Source: Candidatus Dormiibacterota bacterium
Lineage (GTDB): Bacteria; Chloroflexota; Dormibacteria; Aeolococcales; Aeolococcaceae
Direction: 5' to 3'
Assembly: GCA_963718525.1 (NCBI GenBank)
Contig: OY970355.1
Coordinates: 1,120,001 to 1,184,000, forward strand
Length of the DNA stretch: 64,000 bases
Below, piece by piece: positions 18,327-28,401 of the stretch; position 1 is the stretch's first letter, and each line of letters opens with the position of its first letter. The notes below the pieces were generated by a model that was not told the DNA's origin, made no database searches, and saw only the letters and a program-made list of their open reading frames with translations. The translations under genes and the position numbers were made by a program.

Positions 18327-20645
18327 TCAGGCGGTGGCCTCGCCACGCTCCTCGGGAGCGAGCTCCATGTGACGTGGGCGGCCGAGCCAGTATCCCTGTC
18401 CGGCCGTCACCCCGAGCGCGGCGAGCCGATCAGCGGTCGCCTCGTCCTCGATCCCCTCGGCGATCACGGTCGAGCCGGAACTCCGCGCGTAGGCAACCGT
18501 CGCCTCGATGACGGCACGGGCTCCACGCTCGACGCAGGCCTGGGTGATGCTCTTGGCCACCTTCACGAATTCCGGGACGGCCGCGGCGAGCAGCTCGAGC
18601 GTGGAGTGGCCTTCGCCGATGTCATCGAGCGCGAACTGAAAGCCGTGCTCGCGATAGCTGGCGAGCACCAGCTTGAGGCGCTGCTGGTCGGCGATTGACT
18701 CGCGCTCGGTGATCTCGAGCACCATGGTCTCCGGGTCACGACCAGCCCAGCGGGCGAGCAGGAGCATGTGATCGACGGGATGAAGTGGATCCAGGAGCAT
18801 CGCCGCCGAGACGTTGAGGAACAGCGGATCAGACGCCGGGAGCCCGGACGCGGCCGACATGGCGATCCGCCTGCAGATCCAGTCGATCTCCTTGGTCACC
18901 CCGCGCCGGTGAGCCAGCGCGAACACGTCCTCGACGCCGTCGACGGGGTCGCGCAGGCCGGGGACGCGCGCGAGAGCCTCCCATCCGATCGCCTTGTGAT
19001 CGCTGAGGAGCACGATCGGCTGGAACACCGCCTGGATCACGCGCCGCTTGCCGAGGATGGCGTCCAGCATTGCCCCGGCGTCACCGCCGCCGCGCACGAG
19101 GCTCGGGAGCGAGCGGTCGCTCGCGACGACGACCCGATCGCGCCCGTCCTTCTTCGCCTTCGAGAGAGCTTCGTCGGCCGCGATCCAGAGCGCGTGCACG
19201 CCACCACCCCCCGCGGCGACGCCGGCGCTGATCCGGGCCTTGCCATGAGGGAGGGCTACTCCATGCAGCGAGGTGCGCATCCGCTCGGCGATCGCCACCG
19301 CCTCGGCCTCGGTGGTTGCATCCATGATTGACACAAACTCGTCACCGCCGATGCGGAGCAGCTGATCGCCCGCGCGCAGCTGCGCGCGCAATGTCCGGGC
19401 AACCTCGATGAGCAACATGTCGCCGGCTTCGTGACCGAACTCGTCGTTGATCGGCTTGAGGTGGTCGACGTCGATGGCGACCACCGCGGTTGCGCCGGTC
19501 AGCTCCCCGAGGCGCTCCTCGAATGCCCGCCGGTTCCCGACCTTCGTCAGCGGATCGGTGGTGGCGTGCAGCGCCTTCTCCTCGAACAGCCCGGCACGCG
19601 CCACGGCCACCGCGGCCTCGTCGGCGATCGCCTGGACGACTGTCAGGTCGTGCGTATCCCACGCGCCGCGGCGGGCATGTGAGATGAGCACGAGGACGCC
19701 GATCACGCGTCCGCCCGCGGCGCGCAGCGGCGCGGCGACGACGCTTCTCGAGCGGCGTCCACCGCCGAGGCTCTCGAGCTCGGCGAGATTCGATCCCGGC
19801 ATCGACGCGTACGCCTGCTTGATCTCGCGAGGTGTCCTGAGCATGCAGGGTTCGCCGGTTGAGAACACGCGCCCGATGACCCCCTCGCCCGGCGCCATGA
19901 CCACAATCGGTCCCGCTGCCGGTGAGACGCCGGCCGGCCCCAGGATCAGTGGGAGCGTTGCGAGGCCCCCCGAGGCCGAATCGAACAAGAGGACCCGGCC
20001 CCACGTGGCGTCCGGGTACGTCTCATGGCAGCCGCCGAGCACAGCGGCCGCGACCTCTCCCGAGTTGGTGGTCAACCCGAGGCTCCGGGCCACGTCCGCA
20101 ACCGCGCGGAGCCGGCGCGTCTGCGCCTGGTAGTGGCGGTCGGTCAACGACCAGTTGGAATAGGCAAGCACGACGACGCCCACCATCAGCGCAAGCACCT
20201 GGATGAGCTGGCTGACGCCTACTGTGTGAAACAGACCCGCCCACCACCAGACCGTGGTCAGCCCACCGCAGGAGGCCACCAGGATGGTCCAGAGCGCCGG
20301 CGCTCGTGCGGACGGGTCCACCGTGAGCAGCACGGCGACAAACCCAAGCACGATGAGCGGCAACGGGTGGGTCAGCCGTGGCGCCGAGAGTCCGAGGATC
20401 AACGTGCACAGGGCAACGCTGGTCAACCCCTGCACCAGCGCTGCAATCGATGGGCTGACCCGGGCACCACGACGCAGCCGGATGGTGATCTCGAGCATCA
20501 CGGCCGCCACGACCACGACCTCGATCTCGACGAAGACGATGCGAGAGGGGAGCGACGAATCGATCAGCTGCCAGCTGGTGATACCGAGCAGTACCGCTGT
20601 CGCGAATATCGGCAGCCAGCGCCGCGCGGCGCTCTCGTTTTGCAT
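18327..20645 (-). CDS. Membrane GAF-GGDEF-EAL diguanylate cyclase/phosphodiesterase
   Basis: N-terminal TMs, GAF, DPLT, RAGD I-site, GGDEF, EALAR, DDIGEG, AEGIE. Confidence 0.93.
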   Translation of the reverse strand: MQNESAARRWLPIFATAVLLGITSWQLIDSSLPSRIVFVEIEVVVVAAVMLEITIRLRRGARVSPSIAALVQGLTSVALCTLILGLSAPRLTHPLPLIVLGFVAVLLTVDPSARAPALWTILVASCGGLTTVWWWAGLFHTVGVSQLIQVLALMVGVVVLAYSNWSLTDRHYQAQTRRLRAVADVARSLGLTTNSGEVAAAVLGGCHETYPDATWGRVLLFDSASGGLATLPLILGPAGVSPAAGPIVVMAPGEGVIGRVFSTGEPCMLRTPREIKQAYASMPGSNLAELESLGGGRRSRSVVAAPLRAAGGRVIGVLVLISHARRGAWDTHDLTVVQAIADEAAVAVARAGLFEEKALHATTDPLTKVGNRRAFEERLGELTGATAVVAIDVDHLKPINDEFGHEAGDMLLIEVARTLRAQLRAGDQLLRIGGDEFVSIMDATTEAEAVAIAERMRTSLHGVALPHGKARISAGVAAGGGGVHALWIAADEALSKAKKDGRDRVVVASDRSLPSLVRGGGDAGAMLDAILGKRRVIQAVFQPIVLLSDHKAIGWEALARVPGLRDPVDGVEDVFALAHRRGVTKEIDWICRRIAMSAASGLPASDPLFLNVSAAMLLDPLHPVDHMLLLARWAGRDPETMVLEITERESIADQQRLKLVLASYREHGFQFALDDIGEGHSTLELLAAAVPEFVKVAKSITQACVERGARAVIEATVAYARSSGSTVIAEGIEDEATADRLAALGVTAGQGYWLGRPRHMELAPEERGEATA

Positions 20646-20724
20646 AACCCTCTCGAGCAAGAGCGTACGTGGAGCCGTGCCGCGAGAAATGGGCGTGACA
20701 ATCTTGTGTCCGGTTCCTCAGAGG

Positions 20725-21216
20725 TCAGGGGTTGCGCACGGATATGGATCCGGTGAGCGCCTGGCCGATCACCTGCGAACCGTTGATGGGGGACAGCACC
20801 AGCTGCGCCGTCGCCGGGGATCCAGCGTCGAACAGGAGCTGGACCGGGGCGCTCGACTGGCTGGTGAGCTCGCCGCCGCACGCCTTCCAGCCACCCGCGT
20901 CCGCGATGAACGGCTCCTTGTCGACGTTCTGGAAGATGGCCTCAACCGGCGTGAGCGGCCCCTGCACCAGGGCTCCGACACAGAGCTGTCCGATCACCGC
21001 GTCACCGACGTTGTCGATGGAGACGTCGATCTCCACTCGCTTACCGGCGGCTGCGCTGGTCGGCAGTGCCCCGCTGATGTCCGCCATCGGGGGTCCCGCG
21101 GTTGCGAAGAGGGGCGTGATGACTCCGAGGAAGAGACCGAGGAGCACCACGCCGACGACGACCAGGAACACGGTTCGAGGGTTGGCTCCGAGCCAGCGTC
21201 GGACCGAAGCGAGCAC
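20725..21216 (-). CDS. Hypothetical membrane-anchored protein with beta-rich extracellular domain
   Basis: N-terminal TM then a beta-strand-rich domain with two Cys; directly downstream of the mutase. Confidence 0.6.
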   Translation of the reverse strand: MLASVRRWLGANPRTVFLVVVGVVLLGLFLGVITPLFATAGPPMADISGALPTSAAAGKRVEIDVSIDNVGDAVIGQLCVGALVQGPLTPVEAIFQNVDKEPFIADAGGWKACGGELTSQSSAPVQLLFDAGSPATAQLVLSPINGSQVIGQALTGSISVRNP

Positions 21217-21221
21217 GCCTT

Positions 21222-22931
21222 TCAGATCGTGGCCGGCGGCTGGTATTCACCGAACACGGATCGCAGCGCGCCACAGATCTCACCGAGGGTCGCTTCCGCT
21301 CGAACCGCGTCGAGGATTCGCGGCATCAGCGTTCCGTCGGACGAGGCGGCGTTCCTGACCGCGACGAGCGACGATTCGACAGGCCCCGGGTCGCGCAGGG
21401 TGCGATAGCTCGCCAGCCGCTCGGCCTGTTCCGCCATGGCGCGGACGTCGGGCCGGAACAGCAGTGGCGGTTCGCCCTCCTCGGTCTCCGTGTATCGGTT
21501 CACGCCGACGATCACCTTGTCGCCTGAGGCGACCGCTCGCTCGGATCGATACGCCTCATCCTGGATGCGTTGCTGCATCCACCCCGCCTCGATGCACGCC
21601 ACCGCGCCGCCGAGCTCGTCGATCTCATCAAGCAGCCGCGTGGCGTCACGCTCGAGCTCGTCGGTGAGCCACTCGACGAAGTACGAGCCACCGAGCGGGT
21701 CGACGGTGCTCGTCACGCCGGTTTCCTCGGCGATGATCTGTTGGGTTCGAACCGCGATGCGCTGCGCCTTCTCGGTGGGGATGGACAGCGCCTCGTCGTA
21801 GCACGAAAGTGCCAGTGACTGGACGCCGCCGAGCACCGCCGCGAGCGCTTCGATGGCCGCGCGCACGATGTTGTTCTCCGGCTGCTGTGCTGTCAGCGTC
21901 GAACCGCCGGTCTGCGTGTGCGTCCGCAGCATCAGCGAGCGTGGGTCACATGCGCCGAACCGCGTGCTCATGATCCGCGACCACATGCGCCGCAGCGCCC
22001 GGTACTTCGCGATCTCCTCAAAAAAATCGATGTGCGTGTTGAAGATCCACGACAGCTTGGGAGCGAAGTCGTCAACCCCGACACCTCGATCGACAGACGC
22101 CTGCACGTACGCGCATGCATTCGCGATGGCAAACGCCATCTCCTGCGGGGCGGTGCTGCCCGCTTCGCGGATGTGGTATCCGGAGAGCGATATCGGGTTG
22201 AACTTCGGGGTGTTGACGGTGCACCAGACGATCAGATCTGCCGCGAGGCGCAGCGACGCCCTCGGTGGATAGATGAAGGTGCCCCGAGCGATGTACTCCT
22301 TGAGCACGTCGTTCTGGACGGTCCCCATGACCGAGGCCGCGTCGAGGCCCTGACGTTCCGCGGCGACGACATACATGGCGACGAGCACGGGCGCCGGTGC
22401 GTTGATGGTCATCGAGGTGCTCACCGCGCTGAGCGGAATACCCTCGAAGAGGTCCTCCATGTCGCGCACCGAGTCAATCGCGACCCCGACCTGGCCGACC
22501 TCCCCAAGGCTGCGCGGATCATCGCTGTCCAGGCCCATCTGCGTCGGGAGGTCGAACGCCACCGACAGCCCCGGCTGACCCTGCGCGAGCAGGTAGCGGA
22601 ACCGTGCGTTGGCATCAGCAGCGGTGCCGTATCCGGCGTACTGGCGGATGCTCCAGACGCGACCGCGGTACATCGTCGGCTGGATGCCACGGGTGAAGGG
22701 CGGCACGCCCGGGAAACCCTCGTGACGAAGCGAGTCGTGGCGTGCGAGGTCGGCCTCCGTGTAGAGCGGTTCCACCGGGATGCCGCTGCCGGTTTCGAAG
22801 ACATCCCTTCGCTCACCGCGCGCGCGGGCAGGGGCGAGCACCGTGTCCTGCCACTCGATGAGGGCCTCGATGAAGTCCGGCGCCCCTTCCTCCACCGTCA
22901 CGGACGACGCAGCATCCTCCTCGGCGGCCAT
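21222..22931 (-). CDS. Methylmalonyl-CoA mutase, substrate-binding (large) subunit
   Basis: PFTRGIQPTMYRGRVW, RQYAG, LSVAFDLPT, STSMTIN, QNDVLKEYIARG, SGYHIREAG; no B12-binding domain. Confidence 0.93.
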   Translation of the reverse strand: MAAEEDAASSVTVEEGAPDFIEALIEWQDTVLAPARARGERRDVFETGSGIPVEPLYTEADLARHDSLRHEGFPGVPPFTRGIQPTMYRGRVWSIRQYAGYGTAADANARFRYLLAQGQPGLSVAFDLPTQMGLDSDDPRSLGEVGQVGVAIDSVRDMEDLFEGIPLSAVSTSMTINAPAPVLVAMYVVAAERQGLDAASVMGTVQNDVLKEYIARGTFIYPPRASLRLAADLIVWCTVNTPKFNPISLSGYHIREAGSTAPQEMAFAIANACAYVQASVDRGVGVDDFAPKLSWIFNTHIDFFEEIAKYRALRRMWSRIMSTRFGACDPRSLMLRTHTQTGGSTLTAQQPENNIVRAAIEALAAVLGGVQSLALSCYDEALSIPTEKAQRIAVRTQQIIAEETGVTSTVDPLGGSYFVEWLTDELERDATRLLDEIDELGGAVACIEAGWMQQRIQDEAYRSERAVASGDKVIVGVNRYTETEEGEPPLLFRPDVRAMAEQAERLASYRTLRDPGPVESSLVAVRNAASSDGTLMPRILDAVRAEATLGEICGALRSVFGEYQPPATI

Positions 22932-23008
22932 GACCGCAGCATATCGTTGTGTCACGAGCGCGCGAACTCGTTCGCGGCCGTCCTGAACCTGTGCAACACT
23001 CCGCCGGG

Positions 23009-23851
23009 ATGGCGCTTCCTGTGACCACGTCGCTCGTCGAGGACTCAGCGGCCCGGCTTGCAGCCGGGGGCTGGCACTTCACTCGCCGTCAGCTGTACTA
23101 CGCCACGTGCGCTCGCGCGGAAACCACCCCCGGCAACGCCGCATCCAATGGCGAGATCGGTCTCGGGGTGCTGATGATCCTCATCGGATTGATCCTCGTC
23201 AGCATCAAGGGGCTGTTCGCGCTGTTCGTGACCCTGGGGGTGGCGCTCATCCTCACCGGAATCCTCGGGAGACTGCGCCGTCCGAGGCTGAGCGGGCGGC
23301 TCCTCGCGCTCTCGTTCGACGAATTCCGTGCGCGCTTCGCATCACTCGACCTGGACGGCCTCATCCCTGATGCCGGCCCGGCTGCGCCCGCAGACGCGGC
23401 TGCGGAGACCATCATCGTCACCGACACGGCGGATACCGCGGCGCTGATCGCCGCGAACGCGGTCCGCGCGGAGCTCGGTGCGGTCAAGGCTACCGTGGCG
23501 AACGGTGGGCAGACTCCCGACCGCGGGACCCGAGTGATCGTGCTCCACGATGCGTCCCCGCGCGGATGCGCCCTGGTGATGGACCTCGGGGACGCCGGCG
23601 TCGAGGTGGTCGATGCGGGGCTGCGTCCTCGCGAGGTTGACGGGCCGTCGCATCAGGTGATCGAGGGTGCCCCCGCCCGGCTGCCTCGAGATCTGAGCGC
23701 CCTCCTGGACGTTGACGAGATCAACTGGCTCCTCAGTGGCCGGCGAGTCGAGCTCGCGACGCTCCCGCCCGAGGTCGTGATGGACCGAGTCCGCGCCGCC
23801 GTCAGCGAAGCTCCACGGCTTCGCGGCGATGCCCCGCAGCCAGCTCGCTGA
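23009..23851 (+). CDS. Hypothetical membrane protein with Topo VI-A/Spo11-like (winged helix plus TOPRIM) motifs
   Basis: TRRQLYY, TM hairpin, VLHDASPRG, GLRP, EINWLLSGRRVELATL. Confidence 0.55.
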   Translation: MALPVTTSLVEDSAARLAAGGWHFTRRQLYYATCARAETTPGNAASNGEIGLGVLMILIGLILVSIKGLFALFVTLGVALILTGILGRLRRPRLSGRLLALSFDEFRARFASLDLDGLIPDAGPAAPADAAAETIIVTDTADTAALIAANAVRAELGAVKATVANGGQTPDRGTRVIVLHDASPRGCALVMDLGDAGVEVVDAGLRPREVDGPSHQVIEGAPARLPRDLSALLDVDEINWLLSGRRVELATLPPEVVMDRVRAAVSEAPRLRGDAPQPAR

Positions 23852-24803
23852 GCACCTCGGGCGACAGCTCGCTGCCCGACGCCGCGGCAACGCGGCACAC
23901 CGTCACCGCCCTGAGCGTTGCGGTTCGCCGGCCACCTTCGAGCAGCGCGCGCTCGCCGAGCACGGTCCCCGGTCCGACCTGAGCCACCGGCTTCCCGTCG
24001 ACCTCGACCGCGAGCACGCCGTCGAGGAGCAGGTACATGTCCTTTCCCTCGTCGCCCTGGGCCACAAGGGTCGCGCCCGCCTTGATCGTCTCGATGCGCG
24101 GTCTCACCCCGCCCCGCATGATGCGAAGCGACAGTTCGCGCTCGAGCGCGGTTTCGACCTCCGTGACCAGCGCCGGCGAATCCTCGTCGCCCCACGGCGT
24201 GTGCCTGCCGAACGCGTGCTGGTACCAGCGCTTGAAATCCACCAACCCGGACTTCTCCGCGAGGTTGCCGTCACGGTCGTAGACCCAATGGCGCGGAAAC
24301 GGACTGGCGCCGCTGAGCTCATGGTGTGACGTCCCGTCCGAGGCGATCGTGAGCGTCAGGCTCGTCCACGCGAGGGGTGCCGCGAGCTGGACGAAGGGAG
24401 GCCGATTCACCTTGCGTGGTGCTGGAACGCCGGTCCGTCCGCCGGCGGTCTGCGTGAAGCGAACCCAGCCGTCGCCCACGACAGGCGCCTGGCGCTTGTC
24501 GGGGAACGCAACCGCGGCGATCGTCATACCGCGACCGCCGAGATTGATCGTCGTCGCGCCGATCTCCCCGGCGCCGCTCTGGCCGTGGTCGACGATGCGG
24601 CCGTTGTCTACCTCGATCCACGCACTCAATTGGTTGGCAAATCGAAAGCGGTCCGCTTCCCGGAGCGCTGTCAGCGACTCGATGTGATCCGGCGGCGGGT
24701 CGTCGTAATGCGCCAGGCCAATCTCGAATGGGAGCTTGGTGGTGCCCTTGACGGCCTCGGAAGGAATCCACGAGATGGTCGTGACTGACGATTCGATGCG
24801 CAT
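23802..24803 (-). CDS. Cyclic nucleotide-binding protein with uncharacterised N-terminal domain
   Basis: C-terminal CNB: LVAQGDEGKDMYLLLDG, LGERALLEGGRRTATL; SD GGAGG. Confidence 0.85.
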   Translation of the reverse strand: MRIESSVTTISWIPSEAVKGTTKLPFEIGLAHYDDPPPDHIESLTALREADRFRFANQLSAWIEVDNGRIVDHGQSGAGEIGATTINLGGRGMTIAAVAFPDKRQAPVVGDGWVRFTQTAGGRTGVPAPRKVNRPPFVQLAAPLAWTSLTLTIASDGTSHHELSGASPFPRHWVYDRDGNLAEKSGLVDFKRWYQHAFGRHTPWGDEDSPALVTEVETALERELSLRIMRGGVRPRIETIKAGATLVAQGDEGKDMYLLLDGVLAVEVDGKPVAQVGPGTVLGERALLEGGRRTATLRAVTVCRVAAASGSELSPEVLSELAAGHRREAVELR

Positions 24804-24949
24804 GTCGTACCTCCGTTGGCGCGAATCATGGCGTGCGTGTGACAACGTGGTCGAGGGTGCCGGGACCACAGGTGACAGTGAGGATGACCCCCGCACACCG
24901 TGGTGGCTGCCCCCATGTGCTTCGCCCAGTCGCTGACTACAGTTGATCC

Positions 24950-26266
24950 ATGCCATCGGAGCCGTCGATTCGCGTGGTGCTCGCGGATGACAACCTGATC
25001 GTGCGCGAGGGAGTGCGTGCGCTCCTCGCGGTATCCGGAGACGTCGAGGTGGTCGGAGTCGCCGGTGATTACGACGAACTTCTCGCCGGGGCTGCGGAAC
25101 ACGTTCCCCAGGTGGTGGTGACCGATATCCGTATGCCCCCGGATTTCACCGATGAGGGGATCCGCGCCGCACGCATCGTGCGCAAGCAGTATCCGGGGAC
25201 GGGGGTGGTGATCCTCTCCCAGTACGACGAGCCCGAATACGCCATCTCGCTGCTCAGTGAAGGTGCGGCCGGGTATGCGTACCTCCTCAAGGATCGAGTT
25301 GCGGAGGGCGATCAACTTGCCCGCGCAGTACGCGAGGTGAGCACCGGCGGATCGATGCTCGACCCTCGCATCGTCGACGCGCTGACGCAGCCCGTCAGTG
25401 CCGAGGGAGGCTTGAACACCGTCGAGGAGCGGCTGCTGCGCATGGTGGCCGAGGGGAAGCCGATCAAGGCGATCGCCGCGTCGCTCCATTCGACGCCGGC
25501 TTCGGTCGCCGACGATGTCGAGCAGCTCTTCCTCAAGCTCGCGCAGCAGGCGAGTGCCGGGACCCAGGGCGCGCTCGAGCGGCTGCGCCTGCTGCACAAG
25601 GTGATCATCGATCGCGAGGAGCAGGGCGAGAGCTTGAGCCGGATGCTGCCCGGCGGCGTTGCGCAACAGATGCGCGAGAACGGGGTGCAGCCCGGCAAGA
25701 CGGAGCGGCTCACGGTCACGGTGCTGATGTCCGACATCCGGGCCTATTCGACGATCGCCGAGGTGTCGGATCCGTCAGTGCTGGCGGGCCAGCTCAACGA
25801 GCATCGCGCCGCGATGAATCATGCGGTGCTCAACGAGGGCGGAACCGTGATGCAGTTCGTCGGTGATGCGGTGATGGCGGTCTTCGGCGCGCCCTTTCCG
25901 CAGCCCGACCATGCGCAACGAGCGCTCGCCTCGGCTCTTGCGATGCACGCCGGACAGCACGAGGTCAACGAGCACTGGAAGCAACGGAACCTCCCCCCGT
26001 TCTTTCTCGGCATCGGCCTTTCCACCGGTGACGTCGCCGCGGCATTGCTGGGGTCAGAGGAACGGCTCGAGTATTCGCTGGTCGGCGATGCGGTGAACCT
26101 TGCGCAGCGCCTGCAGCAGTGGGGCGAGGGCGGCCAGACGGTGTTGAGCGAACCAACATATGACGCGCTGGTTGAGAAGCCCGACGCCGAGCGTATCGAG
26201 CCGGCGCTGGTCAAGGGACGTCACACGCCGGTCGGCGCGTATCGACTGGGCGCGGCAACGGCATGA
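24950..26266 (+). CDS. Response regulator (REC plus LuxR-like segment) fused to a class III nucleotide cyclase
   Basis: VLADD, TDIRMPP, YLLK; cyclase SDIRAYS, FVGDAVM, GIGLSTG, VGDAVNLAQRL, VKG. Confidence 0.9.
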   Translation: MPSEPSIRVVLADDNLIVREGVRALLAVSGDVEVVGVAGDYDELLAGAAEHVPQVVVTDIRMPPDFTDEGIRAARIVRKQYPGTGVVILSQYDEPEYAISLLSEGAAGYAYLLKDRVAEGDQLARAVREVSTGGSMLDPRIVDALTQPVSAEGGLNTVEERLLRMVAEGKPIKAIAASLHSTPASVADDVEQLFLKLAQQASAGTQGALERLRLLHKVIIDREEQGESLSRMLPGGVAQQMRENGVQPGKTERLTVTVLMSDIRAYSTIAEVSDPSVLAGQLNEHRAAMNHAVLNEGGTVMQFVGDAVMAVFGAPFPQPDHAQRALASALAMHAGQHEVNEHWKQRNLPPFFLGIGLSTGDVAAALLGSEERLEYSLVGDAVNLAQRLQQWGEGGQTVLSEPTYDALVEKPDAERIEPALVKGRHTPVGAYRLGAATA

Positions 26267-28401
26267 CTGCCAGGACCGCGTCGCGGCTGGCCTGGGGCAT
26301 TGCCGCGTTCGGGGTCGCTCTTGGTCTCAGTTGCGGGGCACTGGCGGTTGCGAACGGCGCATCGATTCACGCTGTCGACGCCGCCAACCCGCTCGAGATC
26401 GTCATGGCATTGACATTTGCGATCGTCGGCGGCCTGATAGCCTCGCAGCGGTCGCGCAACCCTGTCGGCTGGCTCTTTCTGTTCATGGCGATCGTCATGG
26501 GTGTCGGCGGCGTGGCCGCGCAGTACGCCCGCTTGGCTGCGATCACGCACCCGGGGCTGCCCGGGGCGCAATGGGCACTGTGGTGGTACATCTGGTCGGA
26601 GCAACTCGTCTATCCGGCCGGTGGCGCGACCGTCACTCTCCTGCTGATTCCCGACGGACGGCTCCCCTCCCGTCGATGGCGACCCGTGATCCCGGTCGCA
26701 ATTGTCGTCACGCTCGTCGTAACGGTCGTGATCGATGCGCTCGGCGCCTCACCGCTGCAGGGTCCGGAAAATCAGCCGCAACTCCCCAATCCGGTCGGCG
26801 TCCGGAGTATCGAGGTGCTCACCCAGGGGCCTCTTGGGTTGGTGTGGGTGATCGCGCTTGCGCTGCTGCTGATCGCCGCAACAGCGCCGTTTGTGCGTCT
26901 GCGCCGGGCTCGAGGCGAGGAACGCGAGCAACTGAAGTGGATCGCGTACGTCGTTGTGTGTACGGCGTTGGCGACCATCGCCGTTTACGTCGCGCAGCTG
27001 ATAGCACCCCAGAGCGTGGTTGCAAGCGCTGACGGCTGGCTGTTCGTCAACCTCCTGGGGTTCGGGATCGCCCTCCCAGTCGCCATCGGAATTGCGGTGC
27101 TCAAGTATCGCCTGTACGACATCGACATCATCATCAGTCGGACGATCGTCTACGGCGCGCTCGCCGTGTTTATCACCGCGGTGTACGTCGGTATCGCCGT
27201 CGGGATCGGAGCTCTTGTGGGCGGCGGAGGCAAACCCAACCTGGCGCTGTCCATCCTGGCCACGGCGATCGTCGCTCTCGGTTTCCAACCGGTGCGCGAG
27301 CGGATGCAGCGAGTCGCGAACCGGCTCGTCTACGGCAAGCGCGCGAGTCCGTACGAGGTGCTGAGCGAGTTCTCAGGACGGCTCGCGGAAACATACGCGG
27401 CCGACGAGGTGTTGCCGCGCATGGCCCGGGTGCTGAAGGAGGGGACCGGCGCGGAGTTCGCGACGGTATGGCTGCGGGGCGGCGCGGATCTGCGGCCGGC
27501 GGCGACATTCCCTGATGGAATCGCTGCGCACGAGTCGCTTCACACGTCCAACGTTGCGCTGCCGTTATTGCCAGAGGCAACGCGAACCGCTGAGGTGCGC
27601 CACCAGGGCGAACTCCTTGGCGCGTTGAGCGTCACCAAACGTCGCGGCGAATCGCTGACGCCGATCGAAGAGAAGCTCGTCGACGACCTGGCCCATCAGG
27701 CGGGGCTGGTGCTCAAGAACGTCGGCCTGAGCGCAGATCTGCGAGCCCGGCTCGACGACCTGCGCGCATCTCGGCAACGGTTGGTGCACGCGCAGGATCT
27801 CGAACGCCGTCGCCTGGAACGCAACCTGCACGACGGTGCGCAGCAGCACCTCGTGGCGCTCAAGGTGAAGCTGGGCTTGGCGGAGATGCTCCTCGGGCGC
27901 GACCCGACCAAGGCGATGGCGACCTTGGAACAGCTCAAGGGCGATGCCGACGAGGCGCTCGAGACGCTGCGTGACCTGGCTCGCGGCATCTACCCGCCGC
28001 TCCTCGCCGACAAGGGACTGGTGGTTGCGCTGGAATCGCAGGCTCGTAAGGCGACCGTTCCAGTGACCGTGCGCACCGATGGCGTGGAGCGCTATTCACA
28101 GGATGTTGAGGCGACGGTGTACTTCTGCGTACTCGAGGCCTTGCAGAACGTGCAGAAGTACGCACGGGCATCACACGTCGGGGTGCGCCTCCACGGGCAA
28201 GGTGAGAGCTTGACCTTCGAGGTCTATGACGACGGCGTCGGGTTCGACAGCGCGATCGCGAAGAAGGGTGCCGGACTCACCAACATGGCAGACCGTCTTG
28301 ACTCACTCGGCGGGTCACTGAAGGTGACGTCAAGCCCGAACGGTGGAACCACGATCAGCGGGACGTTGGCCGTCGATGGTGCAGCCCTGGTGGCGGTTTG
28401 A
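26263..28401 (+). CDS. Multi-TM sensor histidine kinase (HisKA_3, GAF-like)
   Basis: Many TMs, ERRRLERNLHDGAQQ, EALQNVQKYA, DDGVGF, GAGLTNM. Confidence 0.93.
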   Translation: MTARTASRLAWGIAAFGVALGLSCGALAVANGASIHAVDAANPLEIVMALTFAIVGGLIASQRSRNPVGWLFLFMAIVMGVGGVAAQYARLAAITHPGLPGAQWALWWYIWSEQLVYPAGGATVTLLLIPDGRLPSRRWRPVIPVAIVVTLVVTVVIDALGASPLQGPENQPQLPNPVGVRSIEVLTQGPLGLVWVIALALLLIAATAPFVRLRRARGEEREQLKWIAYVVVCTALATIAVYVAQLIAPQSVVASADGWLFVNLLGFGIALPVAIGIAVLKYRLYDIDIIISRTIVYGALAVFITAVYVGIAVGIGALVGGGGKPNLALSILATAIVALGFQPVRERMQRVANRLVYGKRASPYEVLSEFSGRLAETYAADEVLPRMARVLKEGTGAEFATVWLRGGADLRPAATFPDGIAAHESLHTSNVALPLLPEATRTAEVRHQGELLGALSVTKRRGESLTPIEEKLVDDLAHQAGLVLKNVGLSADLRARLDDLRASRQRLVHAQDLERRRLERNLHDGAQQHLVALKVKLGLAEMLLGRDPTKAMATLEQLKGDADEALETLRDLARGIYPPLLADKGLVVALESQARKATVPVTVRTDGVERYSQDVEATVYFCVLEALQNVQKYARASHVGVRLHGQGESLTFEVYDDGVGFDSAIAKKGAGLTNMADRLDSLGGSLKVTSSPNGGTTISGTLAVDGAALVAV

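Noticed and set aside
21222-22931. Ethylmalonyl-CoA or isobutyryl-CoA mutase call
   Set aside because: The Tyr in RQYAG and Arg in YIARG fit methylmalonyl-CoA mutase, and there is no fused B12 domain as in Ecm.
23802-26266. Pycsar or CBASS anti-phage system
   Set aside because: The cyclase is REC-fused and embedded among two-component genes, and the cNMP protein has no TM or TIR effector domain and is divergently transcribed. Signalling is more parsimonious.
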